Notes under the pieces: generated by a model
The model's database searches: none
The model's input: the letters and a program-made list of their open reading frames with translations, nothing else
Told to the model about the DNA's origin: nothing
Translations under genes and position numbers: made by a program
In this document: piece by piece, positions 39,246 through 52,029 of the stretch
How positions within the stretch are numbered: position 1 is the stretch's first letter
Layout: each line of letters begins with the position of its first letter
Assembly: GCA_965153455.1 (NCBI GenBank)
Contig: OZ234494.1
Span: 5,084,001 to 5,148,000, forward strand
Source: Sphagnum compactum
Taxonomy: Eukaryota
Direction of reading: 5' to 3'
DNA length: 64,000 bases

Positions 39246-42200
39246 GGAGAGCTGCTGTCCCCCTGAAGCTGAAGAAGGGTCGTTCCAGCTAGGTTGCAGC
39301 AACTCATGGGAAGAAGGAGGGCTGTACACGGCAACTGCCGACGAACAAATGGCACAAAAGGAAGAATATAGGTTTGGTGCCACGCAACGCGCGCAAGCTC
39401 CCCTGCACTCAAGTCGCTCGAGCTAGTCATCACAAGCTGCGCCCAAGAACACTTCTCTCTACTCGCAGACACTTCCGACATGGTGTCGTGCGGCCATTTC
39501 CACTTCGAAGACAAGCTGGAGGTGCTGAGGAGCATGTCATGCAGCGCCATGACTAGAGTGCTAGTGAGTAGAGTCTCTAGGGAGCTCAGAACTGACCAAA
39601 GTTTCTGTACAAACTTGCAAACTACTGAAATTGCTCATGCTGTTACGTCAATCGTCATGCCATGACGACCCAGTTAGCTGCCAAAGATCAGCTGCCAGCT
39701 ACAAACCAAAGCTGCTGGCGATCGAATATCGATTGAATGTGGAGTAACTTCAGGAGACAGATCAGATGAGTACCACAGTGCCTGCTGCTGCATTAGTCAA
39801 AGAAGTCTTACCAAAGGTCGAGAGTGGCTAGCTAGTTGCGTCTGGAAACAACTGGGCCCAACTCATGTTCTGGAAAGGCTTCATCATGACTCGAAAAAAC
39901 AGGGAACTAATTAGATTGATCTGCAAATTATTAGTTGGAAAAATTGGGGAAGATTGTATTAAACTACTGAGCAGAAAAGACTACAAGTGTCGTCTGTCTG
40001 TACGAGCAGCTGGTCGGTCCCCAGACTGATATATAGTAGCTGCAGTCAAGAAGAACCAGTACCAGCTCCAAGAGGTCTCGAGAACAGTAAGAAGACGAGT
40101 GAAAGTGCAGAGTGGAGATGGAACGGAGTGGTAGCTGCCGTCACTTCCGCGAGGCCACCAACTACATTGCAGGCGAGGACACCGTTCCGGACCTTCTTCT
40201 TCCTCAGGAGGACTGAAGAACAAGAGAGGCCTAATTGCGACTGTGTCTCGCGCCCTGTTATTTAGAACTGGTCTGATTTAAGACAAGGTCTAGTTTCATT
40301 TCATTACACATAACTAAACCAAAAAAGAAAGAAAGAGTGTAAATTTTAGTTTATTCAACTAGTGCACATACTCCAAGATTAATATTATATAATATTAACT
40401 ATGTACAACCAATCAAATACAATAACTTGTCTAAAATGTAAGGTCACGTATATATATATTTTTTCAAAAAATTATATTTATATATTCAAAAAACTTGAAT
40501 CATTTAAAAATGCCCTACTAGGTATGCCCTACTAAGTGATGCACCCAATGTAATGGGCAAGGCCGAGGGTACTCCATTACATCTTGGATGGCAGATTAAA
40601 TGAGTTTTTTTTGTAAATAACTTTCAATAGACATTTTGGTAGGCAATGGGACCAGGCAGCCAGAGTCACATGCCAACCAGTGTTGGGAACATTTTGGAAT
40701 TTTTTTCTGGTGTAAATTGAACTAATTTTTCAGATCGCAACTTTTTCCAGAAAAAAGTCCCATGCCACTTCTTAGGGCCGAAACACACAAAATATTTTTG
40801 TTAATTATATTGTGAATTTGTCCAAAGGGTCTGAGTCCAAAGAAGAGGCCATTTCCTGAAAATTCTGGATCCATCAGAAGACTTTGCTTCAAAAACAACT
40901 CCAAATGTTTATAGCCAGACCCAAATCCAGGTCAAAATCTGGCTATATTTCCTCACTTCAAAAACATTGGTCAAATACATTTCAGCCAGATTTCTTCATG
41001 CTTAATTATGAGGAGAAGATGTTCATTTCAGAAGAAGCTGAATTCATTTATGCAACCTGAAAAAGCTTCAGAAAAATCTAAGAATTTCTTTTGTAAAGGA
41101 GGTGATGTCAAGGTGATTGACAGAATGTAGCAAGTCAAATGTTCCCAGCTTGAATGATGGGGTTTTGTTCTAGGAAAACTCAAAAAGAGGACAGGATGAA
41201 TGCCCTCCTTGTGTAGGCTAATGCTTCTGTTGCTTAAGTGCCAGTCAAACTTCCCTTTTACTTGCCCTCTCATGAATCATCACATCACCCCGCCTTTGTC
41301 CTGTCTTGGCTATTCACCAACAACCCAACGCCCAGTAATAATAGTACCCTAGACAAAACAACAAATCAGCAAGCGTGGCAGAGTCTGTTAATCTAACTTG
41401 CACTTCCTCTGAATTCAGCCTTCTCTTCCCCCAGTAGCAGGCAATGGGGAGAGTGCTGCATGGGTATTAGAAATGGCACCAAATAACAGGTGGTTATATG
41501 CCGATTCTTTTGAGATGAATAGCTTTGGTTCACAAAACATCAAAATAACTGGGTGTAGTAACGGTTCTCTAAAAGTGTAAGAACTGATTCTGATATATAG
41601 TCACAGTTGTCAAAACATCCAAGAACTTGTCCACTAACCTTCTGTGAAATTGTCAGTTCTTTGTGGGTTCTTTCATGAAAACCATCAGTTCTTTCTTTGA
41701 GGGTATAACATATTTGAAAATATGGGAACCACAGGTTATTTCTAAAAATCAAATAACCAGTCAACACTTGTAACAACCAACAACATACAACATTCTAGCA
41801 GTCGATCACTCACGGAGTGCACAATTTCATTAGGAGCAGTGTCTTTTTGTTCTGGTGAACTGGTGCAAAATTTCACCCTTCGTTGGGGGGCTGCACCCAG
41901 CACAAGATGGGTCTCCAGCTCCAGCTCCAATTCACAGTTATGCTCTGAAATGAGGTTGAGGTTGCCAAGTTGCATCCAATCACAAAGGAAGTTTCACCGT
42001 AAACAGTCATAGTTAGTGCGGGTTCCTAGTTCCATTTAACCCGGGTTAGCAGTCTTCAAATTGCAACTAATTCAGGTTATTAATTAGACTCCACAACTAA
42101 CCATGGTGTATATATTGACATGGGAACGTGGGTACCCAATAGAACACATGGCAATGATGATTGTGTGATGATTACACAGAATGTCGGGGAGAGAGGCCCA

Positions 42201-42989
42201 GGCCCAGTTCATGTATTGTACTCTCTCTATACCAACTTTTGAATGGTAATAAATTACACCTCAATACCTGACTTTCAATGTCATAACTGTCAGCTCTAAA
42301 GCCAGAATTCACCTTCTCATTGTGTGCACTGTGTACCTTCTTCACTACAAGATGATATGAATTGGCTAAACATTTCACTAATTTTGTAATAAAACTCATG
42401 AAACTCATTATAATGAATTTGGAACATGGTTTTTTTTTTTGGGCCCATGCGACAACCCTATAGGAAATTAGGGCTGCAAAAGTTGAATTTGTTGCCATAC
42501 GTCGACGACACAGACAGGTCCCATCACCATCTACATGATGGGCAGTTTTCATTTATTACTAGTAGCCACAAAACATCTTGGGTGTTGATTGCCACATCAC
42601 CCCCCGCGGCCTTTGATCTTTCACATGTCCACCTCTTGCACGCACAATGCCATCACCTCCCGTTATGCAACCACAAAGAAAACCATCGCTACTGAATGTG
42701 CAAGCTCAAAAACTTCTGTCGCTTTCTGTTATGCACAACTCAAAATTTACATCCTTGCCTCAATGAATAATGGAAGTTAACCGCGCGAGGATCTTCCACA
42801 AAACCTGGCAGGCGGAAAATCCGGACTTTCTTCTCTGCCGCACCCGGCAGATGTCTGCCTGCCAGTGTGGCTCCCCTTCTGGCCTGCCCACGAACTGCGG
42901 CGCTCCGTTTAGCACTCTGCGTGAGTCTCTCACGAGTCTCACCATTCACCTTCCTGCTCACCTGTGCTCACCTGCCTGTCCTCCATCGC

Positions 42990-43310
42990 CATGGGAACAA
43001 AAGGATTTTGATGGGAACTTGAGGGAACAAAAAGAATATTGATGGGAATTGATGGGAACAAGAGGAATTTGATGGGAATTGTTTGGGAACTTGATGAGAA
43101 CAAAAAGATATTGATGAGAATTTGATGGGAACAAGAGGAATTTGATGGGAATTGTTTGAGAACTGATGAGAACAAAAGAATATTGATGCGAACTTGATGG
43201 GAACAAAAAGATTTTGATAGGAACAAGAGGAATTTTATGGGAATTTTTGGGAACTTGATGAGAACAAAAAGAATTCGATGAGAACTATTTGGGAACTTGA
43301 TGGGAAATCA
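42990..43310. repeat. Degenerate tandem repeat of TTGATGGGAAC / GAGAACAAAA units
   Basis: More than 10 imperfect copies; this is the reverse orientation of the family B motif. Confidence 0.7.
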
Positions 43311-43934
43311 AGCTCCAACCCTTTCAAAAAGATAAGAAACATCCCTTGGGGCCATGTTTGCGCCACCCAATTGGCTCCCCCCTTCAAAAAATAAGAAACA
43401 TTGGCGCTCCTCACATGCTTTATCATAACTTGTTTTTTTTAAGGGACAAGCTACTAGGATAGGTTCTGCCCATGTATGTAATTATTTTTAACAAATTGCC
43501 TTGGTCAGGGAGAGAAAATTAGATGGAGCCAGCTAAAAAGGTAGGCAGACAATGTGTGCATGTGCACATTTGATGCCTGCCTGCCGGCCTTTAAGCCAGC
43601 GGATTTCAAGGAGTAGGCAGGCAGAACCCAAAGTTTTCACAATCATGTGCGCGACCCATCTAACACAAGACAAATACCACATTAAATAGCCCAAAAAGAG
43701 CACAGGAAGCGGCCTATGGCTGTGAGTGATTAGCCAAAGGACATATTTTTTGGTACCCAAATGAACGAACTCGACAACGAAGTACAAAGTGAGCCCTTGA
43801 AAGGCACACTTGCCTCTAATAAAAAATAACCTGTTGCATATGGAATGGAAAAATCCGTGAACCTCACATGCAATCCAACAATTGCAAGCTCTCATCCTCC
43901 CACATAGTGTACCATTCCAAGTTGGAGGGGTTGT

Positions 43935-44165
43935 CTTTTTCTCATTTTTGTGATGTAGGTAGGTGAAGTGGGGAACATCCGAAAGAAATCTTAGCCAAAT
44001 TTAGCTGTTAACAGGATATGAAAGTTAAGAAGTTTAGGTCTCCTTCACATTTTTGGCTACATGCTAGTATCCAATACAGAAATCTGAAAAAAATTCACCA
44101 AAAAAAAAAAGTCATGACTAGACAACCAAAAATAGGCATATTTTTAGTAAATTTTTTTTAAAAAT
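43935..44165 (+). repeat. Dispersed MITE-like repeat, family A
   Basis: TTTTTGTGATGTAGG...CATCCGAAAGAAATCTTAGCCAAATTTAGCT...TTTTGGCTAC. Confidence 0.5.
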
Positions 44166-45279
44166 AGCCAACTGGGATCGACATCACCATTGTACCAATC
44201 CAAAAAAGTGGGTCCTTTGGGGAAGGTTGCAATTGACACATGAAGCCAGCTATTGCTGTTGTCGGGTATCTGAATCTTTTTGCAAATGTTTGCATTCTTA
44301 TTAGAGCATCTCCACTCAAGAGCCGTAAACTACACCTTTACATTAAAATAAGTGTTTAATGTTCACCACCCACAAACAATCAAAAAAGTCATTTTAACTA
44401 ATGAAAAATCATTTATACATTTGCATCTGGACCAATGAATTGCCACTGACCAAGTTCAAAGCAAAAAAATATATTAAAATGATGTTAAAATGATCACAAC
44501 ATCTTGGACCGCTTTCATCATAGACCAACAGGATTTGCATTATCATGTTACAATATTTAATTAAAAGGGATCTTCAGGTGGGGTGGAGATGCTTCCTACG
44601 AAAATTTAGTGGTTCCCCCGTTGCCAACAGCCCTTTTTTTTTTGGTTTTTCAGAAAGTGCCCACATGGCTACAGGAGCTTTGGACTGAGTGGCCACACTT
44701 TTTTAAATATTATTTAAAAGGTGGTGCTCATATGCTGAAAAAATTGCAGGATATTGGCAATAATTTGTGTGTTGCAAATGAAGGGCAGCGGCTTTCAAAT
44801 GGAATTTGAAACATGTCAATAATGGTGACAATCAACATTTTAAAACAGACTTATGGTTACTGTCTAGATGTGATGTTGCTACCTTCATTGCCTTGTGAGT
44901 GAGAAGCAAACTGAATATCACACAATTTTCATTCAAAAAAACTCTCATTGAAAATAAAGTTTCAAACCAAGACCACAAATTTCCATATCCTCAAATGCAA
45001 GAGGTTCACTAAGCATACAAAGATGATGAAAACAAAGGGCCCGGGCCAGCAATGAACATGAAGCTATTGCCAATATGAGCAAAAGTCATGAAAGTATGCA
45101 AGGCAACAACTATGCTTTTTTTTAAATGTCTACCAAAATGTCAGCTACTGCCATGATGGGAAAAATCATTAAAAAAAAACAAAGGCAGCAACTGCCCTAC
45201 TTTAAAAATCTTTACAAAAATGTCATCTATTGCTAGGGCATAGGATGGGCAAAATCATCTAAGTATGCAAAGGCAACAA

Positions 45280-47830
45280 CTAGGGTACTGTAAAAATGTC
45301 AGAAAAGGCAAGAATATTGTAACAATCAGTTGTTCCAATCCAAGCATCAAATGTGGCAATGTATGGAAAACCTTTTAAAGTAAAAACCTTTTGACTATAC
45401 ATGCCAACAACAAGAGGGAGGTGAGGATCTAAAGTAGCTCGGAGCTTGCTCTTAAGAAATGCAAGAAATGAAAAGCATCTCTCATCTTCTACACTCCCTA
45501 GAATGTGGACTATGGCCATCTCTGCTAGCTTAAGATACTCAGGAAAGAGTGTGTGAGAACCCAAGATGCATCAATTGTCCTTCAAGTTCGGGTCAATGGA
45601 TTCAAATCAAAAGGTGGCTCCATGGTAGCCTTAGAGTTACTTTTCATACACAACTTGAACATCCCTTGATGCGCATCCAAAATTCCAATGATCAAGCAAT
45701 AGTGCAACCAATGAACTTGAGCCTCCAAACCCCAAACGTTTTGGCTTTCAATACTTCTAGATGATTGGTAAAACTATTGTCACAATTGGGCTACAACCAA
45801 TACCGTGGATATACAATGCCCATGGCATCGAACAAGGCACATTAGGGGAAATGGTTGTCCAACTCTTTGATCAATTAGGTAGCTGCAACTACAAACCAGC
45901 AAAGATAATTGAAAAGAGAAAAGCTACAAGCAGCAACACACATTGAAAGCAAGCAAGGCAAATGCACCCACAAACCAACAAAGAGAAATAAAAAAAGAAA
46001 GTTACAACATAGATTGAAAAAAATGAAGCCCCAAACTGAAGTCTTTGTATGAAAGAAAACAAAACCTTAAACTCAAAACACATCAAGATGAATTTTTTTA
46101 AAAATAAGGTTATAAACTTATGTGAACAGTCTAACTTCACCTGTAACATTAGACTTTGAAAAGAGTCATGAGTCACAACTGTCCAAACCTTCGATATTTG
46201 GTCATTGTGCATGGCCCAAAGTTTATCACCATTCACAATAAAGGCAAGTTGGTCACTGGAGTCATTCAAGTTTGCCACCCACTTCATGTGGATGTGGTCA
46301 TGGCCACAACCTGGCAAACCTTTAAATGCCTAGAACTCATCATTGGAAAATGATGAACTACCATCATTGTATAGAAAATAAAGTTGTCCATGGCAAACTT
46401 TTACTGCAACCACTAGATCACATATGAAGACATCATGTTGCTAAGCGAATTGCACAAGAGAGTCAATGCTCTCCAACAAAAGTATGATGCAATACATTCC
46501 CAACATGCAATAAGGATCAGCAAGTAAGGTCATATTAGCCTACAAATGCAAGCAAACCATCAATTAGAAAATGCGAACAACATTGCAACAAATAACATAG
46601 AATGTAAGAAACATATAGAAGTTTAAGGCAAAAAGTTACTTTGGCAACTTGGTTATTGTGTTATACATAGACATCTTAGCCAAAAGTGGCTTGTATTTTA
46701 ACAAAATTATCCTTAGAAAATCTAGGAAAGATATTTAACAGGTTTTCATGTTTTTGAGCATTTTAAGCCTTTTTGTTTCCATCATGTCAATATGCTTAAT
46801 GAACTCAAGGTGCCTCTTTGGGTTATGAGCAAAATATGCATGGCACATCTATAGCCAATTTTCAATGCTACTAACTATTCCCAGGGTAGACAATGTCTTG
46901 AATACAAGATTACATCTATGAGCCATGCAATTAACCCCAATGGGAAAAGGTGCATAGTTTGTGTTTATTTGCTTAATGACCCCAATTTTAATACCTTGGA
47001 ATGTATTTACCCCATTAGCCCCCCAAAAAAAAACTTCTCAGCTATAGTAGTAGAACTTAAACCTCCACCATTTTGTAAGGCCTCCATGATGACAACAATG
47101 AGGTTGTCAGCTTTTGCTCCATCAACAACTCTTTGAAGAAAGATCATCATGGGAAACCTCACCCAAATTTACATCACATAAATGTGTATGGAAATCCAAC
47201 TTCTATTATCAAGGGTGTTCACTTCATCACATATCAAAACCACATAGTTAGAAGCAGAACAATCCCCAAAATTTTGTTAGTCATTTGGGCATATTTGAAT
47301 TCAGCCATAACCCAACCAAAAGAGTCAAATTAGTGCATTTTAGGGTTCTTAGGCACACCAAGGATATAGTAAAGAGACTTCTTCTTCTCATATTCCACCA
47401 TAGGATGGTTAGCTTCCAAGATTTGAAACAAGGTTGCAAATTAGACTATCTTCCTCTTTAGCTCCAAATGGGTGTTCTTATTGACCTGCCGTAAAACAAT
47501 GGTAAGTGTTCTAGCAAAGAACAAAGCTTGGTTCTATTTATGCTTGTAAAACTTATTGTTATACCATTCACATTTTTGAATGTTGCGCTCTGGTAGATCC
47601 TTTTTTGCTTTCATCATGCCCTTATGTTTCATAAAAGTATCCCACTTGGGAGCAAGCAAACAAGGTTTCCTGTCAATTGTGGTGTAGACCTTGCATTTCA
47701 CATTATGAAGCACCCCATCAGTAGCTAAACATTTTTAGCCCAAGAGAGTTTTGCAGCCCATTCAAGTTGAAATTTCTTTATGTAATCATATGACTTCTTC
47801 AACTTTTGAGGTGGACGCACAGGCAACAAA
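45280..47830 (-). pseudogene. hAT-family transposase relic with intron remnants
   Basis: C-terminal dimerization-domain-like LFPEYLKLAEMAIVHILGSVEDERCFSFLAFLKSKLRATLDPHL at 45280-45564 and N-terminal KFQLEWAAKLSW...VKCKVY at about 47600-47800. It contains multiple stops, and TIRs were not resolved. Confidence 0.72.
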
Positions 47831-50800
47831 TCAGGGTCTGACTCCATATCAAGTAAGTCATTCAAGATGACCACATTTTTAGAAGAGGTAGTTGGAAAGT
47901 CACCATGGATGTTGGCACTTGAGCTAGGTTATACAGATGATGGAAACAAAGGGATTGCTACATCAAACGATGCAGCAACTTGAAGATTTAGAATTAGAGA
48001 AACTAAATCACAAGAAAACCCACCATGTTCTAGTGTAGTGGGAAATGGCAAAGGTGAGATAACATCAATTGTAACCAAAAAAGAAGATGTAACATTTGAT
48101 AGTGTAGGAAATCATAGCCCACCAAAATTTGTATGTGAAGATTCTGATGAACCACCACCATCAAAAGGCAAGGGCATTGAATCACATACCATCCAGGGTG
48201 GTTATGCATTCTGAACATTTATATTGCTTGCAAAGTACCGCAACACAGTGGGGTTTGGACTTTGCTATTATACTTGCTACAGATTCTAGAGACTTGTGCT
48301 TCATGGTTCGTCCAACGCATGCACACAATGCACACACAACATGCACTACAACAAAAAATGTACATGTACACCAAGTGATTTCATTAAATTTTGAATGAAT
48401 TCACTGGTCTTAGTAAATAAAACTAGTTGGAAAGTAATGAATTCACCGGTTTAATGAACAAGGACTAGTGAACTGCACCCACATTTTGTAGTAATGATGC
48501 ACAACAACAAGCAAGTGAAAAGTCAGGGCTCTATAATTATTAGGACATAAAAAGTGGGTGCTAGGCCTTACATTGAATATCCTGATGAAATGCATAATGC
48601 ACACACAACATGCACAACAAGTGTGTTTAAAAAGTCCATCTATAACTAATAGGATAGACAAAAAGTGAATCCCAAACCCTAAATCAAATCTCCGTTAGCA
48701 GATAGCGCACACACAACATGCATAACAACAAGGAATTTGGAAGCTTAAAGGTTTGTCTATAATTTCTAAAACAGATAGATAGTGAACACCAAACCTTAAA
48801 TTGAATCTCCTCAAGTGCACAATGTACATAATAAGAAAACACACAAGAAATTGCTGGAATTGAACTAAAAACGAAAGATTTTTTACCTTTTTCAAATGAA
48901 AAATATTTTTTCCAGTTCAAACAAAGAATCAGGATCTTGCATTGGGACTCTTGTTTTTCATTTCACATCGGCATTCATTCACAACGTAAACAATTTTGAA
49001 CGCACTCAACAACATTGCAACATGCAAAATGAGATCCTTGGCTAACTGCTTATAAATGTTCACCCTAAAGTTTGAAAAGATCTATTCTTTAGTAGTAGTC
49101 CCAAACTCCAGCATATTGCAACAACAACAATGAAGTGACACATTTTGTGTGAGGCGATAAGGAGGTGATAAGTTCTTTTCACAAACATGAAGCTATGGCG
49201 ATGAACAAACGAATCTCAGCAAATTAGATGGCAACACTAAACCCTAAACACTATTCGACAGATAAAATGAGTTGGCTACATTTTATGATGAGGATGGGGG
49301 GCATAAGCACACTAAGCCCCCCAAAAATTGTAGTCACAAGTATAGTCTTTCTACAATTAATTTTTTTGGTAATGTATGGACATCACATCTTGGATTATTT
49401 TTGCTTATTTTAAGTATATGTGATTAAATTTAAGCTTAATTTAATCAATTATTTTAAAAAATCGAACAAACAATGAGAAAATTGAATGTATGGAATATAT
49501 TTGTGACGAAAGAATACCTATCACAGAGTTTGAAAAATTTTCATATATATTTCAAAACTAGGGTTGTGAGTGGAATTCTTGGGTGAATTGTTTTATGATG
49601 TATGACATTGATATACATGAATTAAATTTAAGACCATTTAGAGATTTAAAGTTTATAGATGAAATTTCATTAAAAAAATGTGTGTTTTTTGTATTTTGAA
49701 CAATAAATGCATAATGATATCTTTTTTTAGGAAAAAATCCACTACCATATCAAAGAGGAGATTTTATAGATGGGCATTGCATTAGTTTTTTAATTTTCTT
49801 TTGGTTGGTAATGTTTTATGAACCACAAACATGAGGCCCTATGACCGTTGAAAAACTGTAAGTTATATACAATATGTACATTAATTTTATTTAATCCTCT
49901 TCATCTAACTGTTGGATCAAAATTTATTTTGACTCGAAGTAAACTTTGAGTTCCAAAAGGTTGTCATGCAAAATTTGAAATTTCTTGCTTGTGTTTAGGA
50001 TAGCCAAAGGATACCATCAAAATATTAGCTTATTGCGTACTATAATATTCATTATACATCACCTTTTTTGATGAAAAGTGGTTCACCTTTAATGTGTTTT
50101 CACCTTGGGACAAGATGGTGATATCCTACGATGGTGATGTGACACGTTGGCAATAGCCTATGGTGATGATGGGAGAACATGGTGATGATAATCGACGGTG
50201 GATTAAAACATTAGGACAATGTCGTTCACTACACGTAAAGCAACATGGCTGTAATGTTGGATGCCTTTTAGGTTTTTTGGCTAATTGTGACTGTTTCACA
50301 TATGCGTACTGCCCGACAAAAATTTATAGTGAATTTTGGTGAATTTTCGACAAAAAAAAAGGGGGCTGGTTGCCACCCATTTTTCATGCTTATTAGGTTT
50401 CTTCAACAAGTAGTCTAATGTGCTTTGAAAGCTCCAGGTATGGAAATTGACGTTCAAATATTTGATGAATTATCATCTTGACCTTGCCTAACATCATTTG
50501 AACCATCATCATCCATTGCAAACCTCTAATGACATAATGAGTCAATTGTTGCAATGAATCAGTTGTTGATAAATCACAACTGATTTATGAAGGTTCCACC
50601 TTGGTAACCTATTTGGAAAATCCAACTACTTACACCTAATAGTACATAGCTAACTATTGTGATAAGAATACAATGAAAAAATGTTTCCTGTCCATATATC
50701 ATTCATCCTGTATCGTACATAGTGGGGCCTCATTGAGCCCCTCCTTTTCTATTGGCTCTGACTCTCATGGAGAAAGTAGGGGATGATGGGCCGGAGAGTT

Positions 50801-52029
50801 CATTTGTCCCACATTTTGGGGAACATCTCCTATTTAAACTTTTGTTGTCTCGGAAGGAACTGTCATTTCTCTTGCAAAATCAACTAGTGTTCACATGCAC
50901 CAGAAAGCCATGATCTAGGGCAGAGACATTACAAACTAGCTGCTTGTTGCCTCTTCAACCAAATTGTTCACAAGAGTCTAGTGGGCCTGGCACTAACCTC
51001 TGGGTGGCTACTAGAGTGAACCTTGGCACAGTCTTGCAGTAGTAAATCATAGAATCAACTGCCACAACCAATCCAATTGACAACCATGGCCTATTCAATC
51101 ATTTCCTACTTACACATGCTAGCTTACATCCATTAGGTCTACCACCCACACCGCGTATGGGGGCATGTACCAGTTTTCATCACATCCAAGATAAAGTGTT
51201 AATTATTTCCCAAAGCCCCATGCTGCATGCCAAATTGAACAACATAAAATGAGAGATTATTTAAATGCTATCATCTAGGCCAATTAAAAGTACTTTTTTT
51301 TCTTACACCAGGCCTTCTGGTGACCTATGTTCTATGCAAATTTACAGGTCCGAACATTTTCACACTCTGGGAATGCTGCACTTCATCCAATGTAACATTG
51401 TATAAGTCTTGTACGGACCTGCATGTGGCCCTTGAATTCGGGGAATGAACCTCTAGGGTATATTTGGTCTCCTAAGAAATCATCAACGAAGCCAAGGCTG
51501 ATAGTGGCAAGCTAAGAGCCATGGCAAGTTCTTCCCAGTGTAAAACTTGATATCTTGTGCTGTGAATCAACAATGTGGGTGGAACTTAAGAATTGATGTG
51601 AATCAATTGTGAGAAACATTGGGTACACTCTAGAACACGTCCTAGTAAAACCTATTGCCAGTTGATGGAACCTAGCTTGATGTGTTCGTAGGTGAAAGGG
51701 GCCGAGGCCCATCCCAAAGCACATAATGGACTAAATCTGTCGATTCTGCACGTTTTCAGGCATTACTATTTTTCCATAAACGATAAATTAGTCAGATTCT
51801 ACGTTTTCCTACCTACCTGGATTATGCTAAGACCTACCTAAGCAACACATTTAGTCCTTTATGCCAGGAGCCAACATTGGGTGCTAGTTATGGTTCTTGG
51901 TTTGCCAATTAGGGCAATTGTTTTGTTTGTAAGTACTCATCTTTTAGGGAAATAGTTTTAGGGTTTGATAGGATTAAGGGGGGTTTTTGAGATTGGGTTT
52001 TAAATCAGATATGTTAGGTCGAGGATAGG

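Noticed and set aside
39246-39383. GTG start of the 491-aa ERF ORF given in the ORF track
   Set aside because: This is a prokaryote-style start call. The first in-frame ATG is at 39245, and the extension is unproven.
42740-43226. Cluster of overlapping short ORFs
   Set aside because: They arise from a GC-rich patch and a degenerate tandem repeat, with no protein motifs.
44570-50380. TIRs delimiting the hAT element
   Set aside because: No matching terminal inverted repeats with an 8-bp TSD could be identified by eye.
50690-51200. Possible solo LTR or other retroelement fragment (TG start, TATA-like motif, purine tract)
   Set aside because: No partner LTR, TSD or coding domain could be established.
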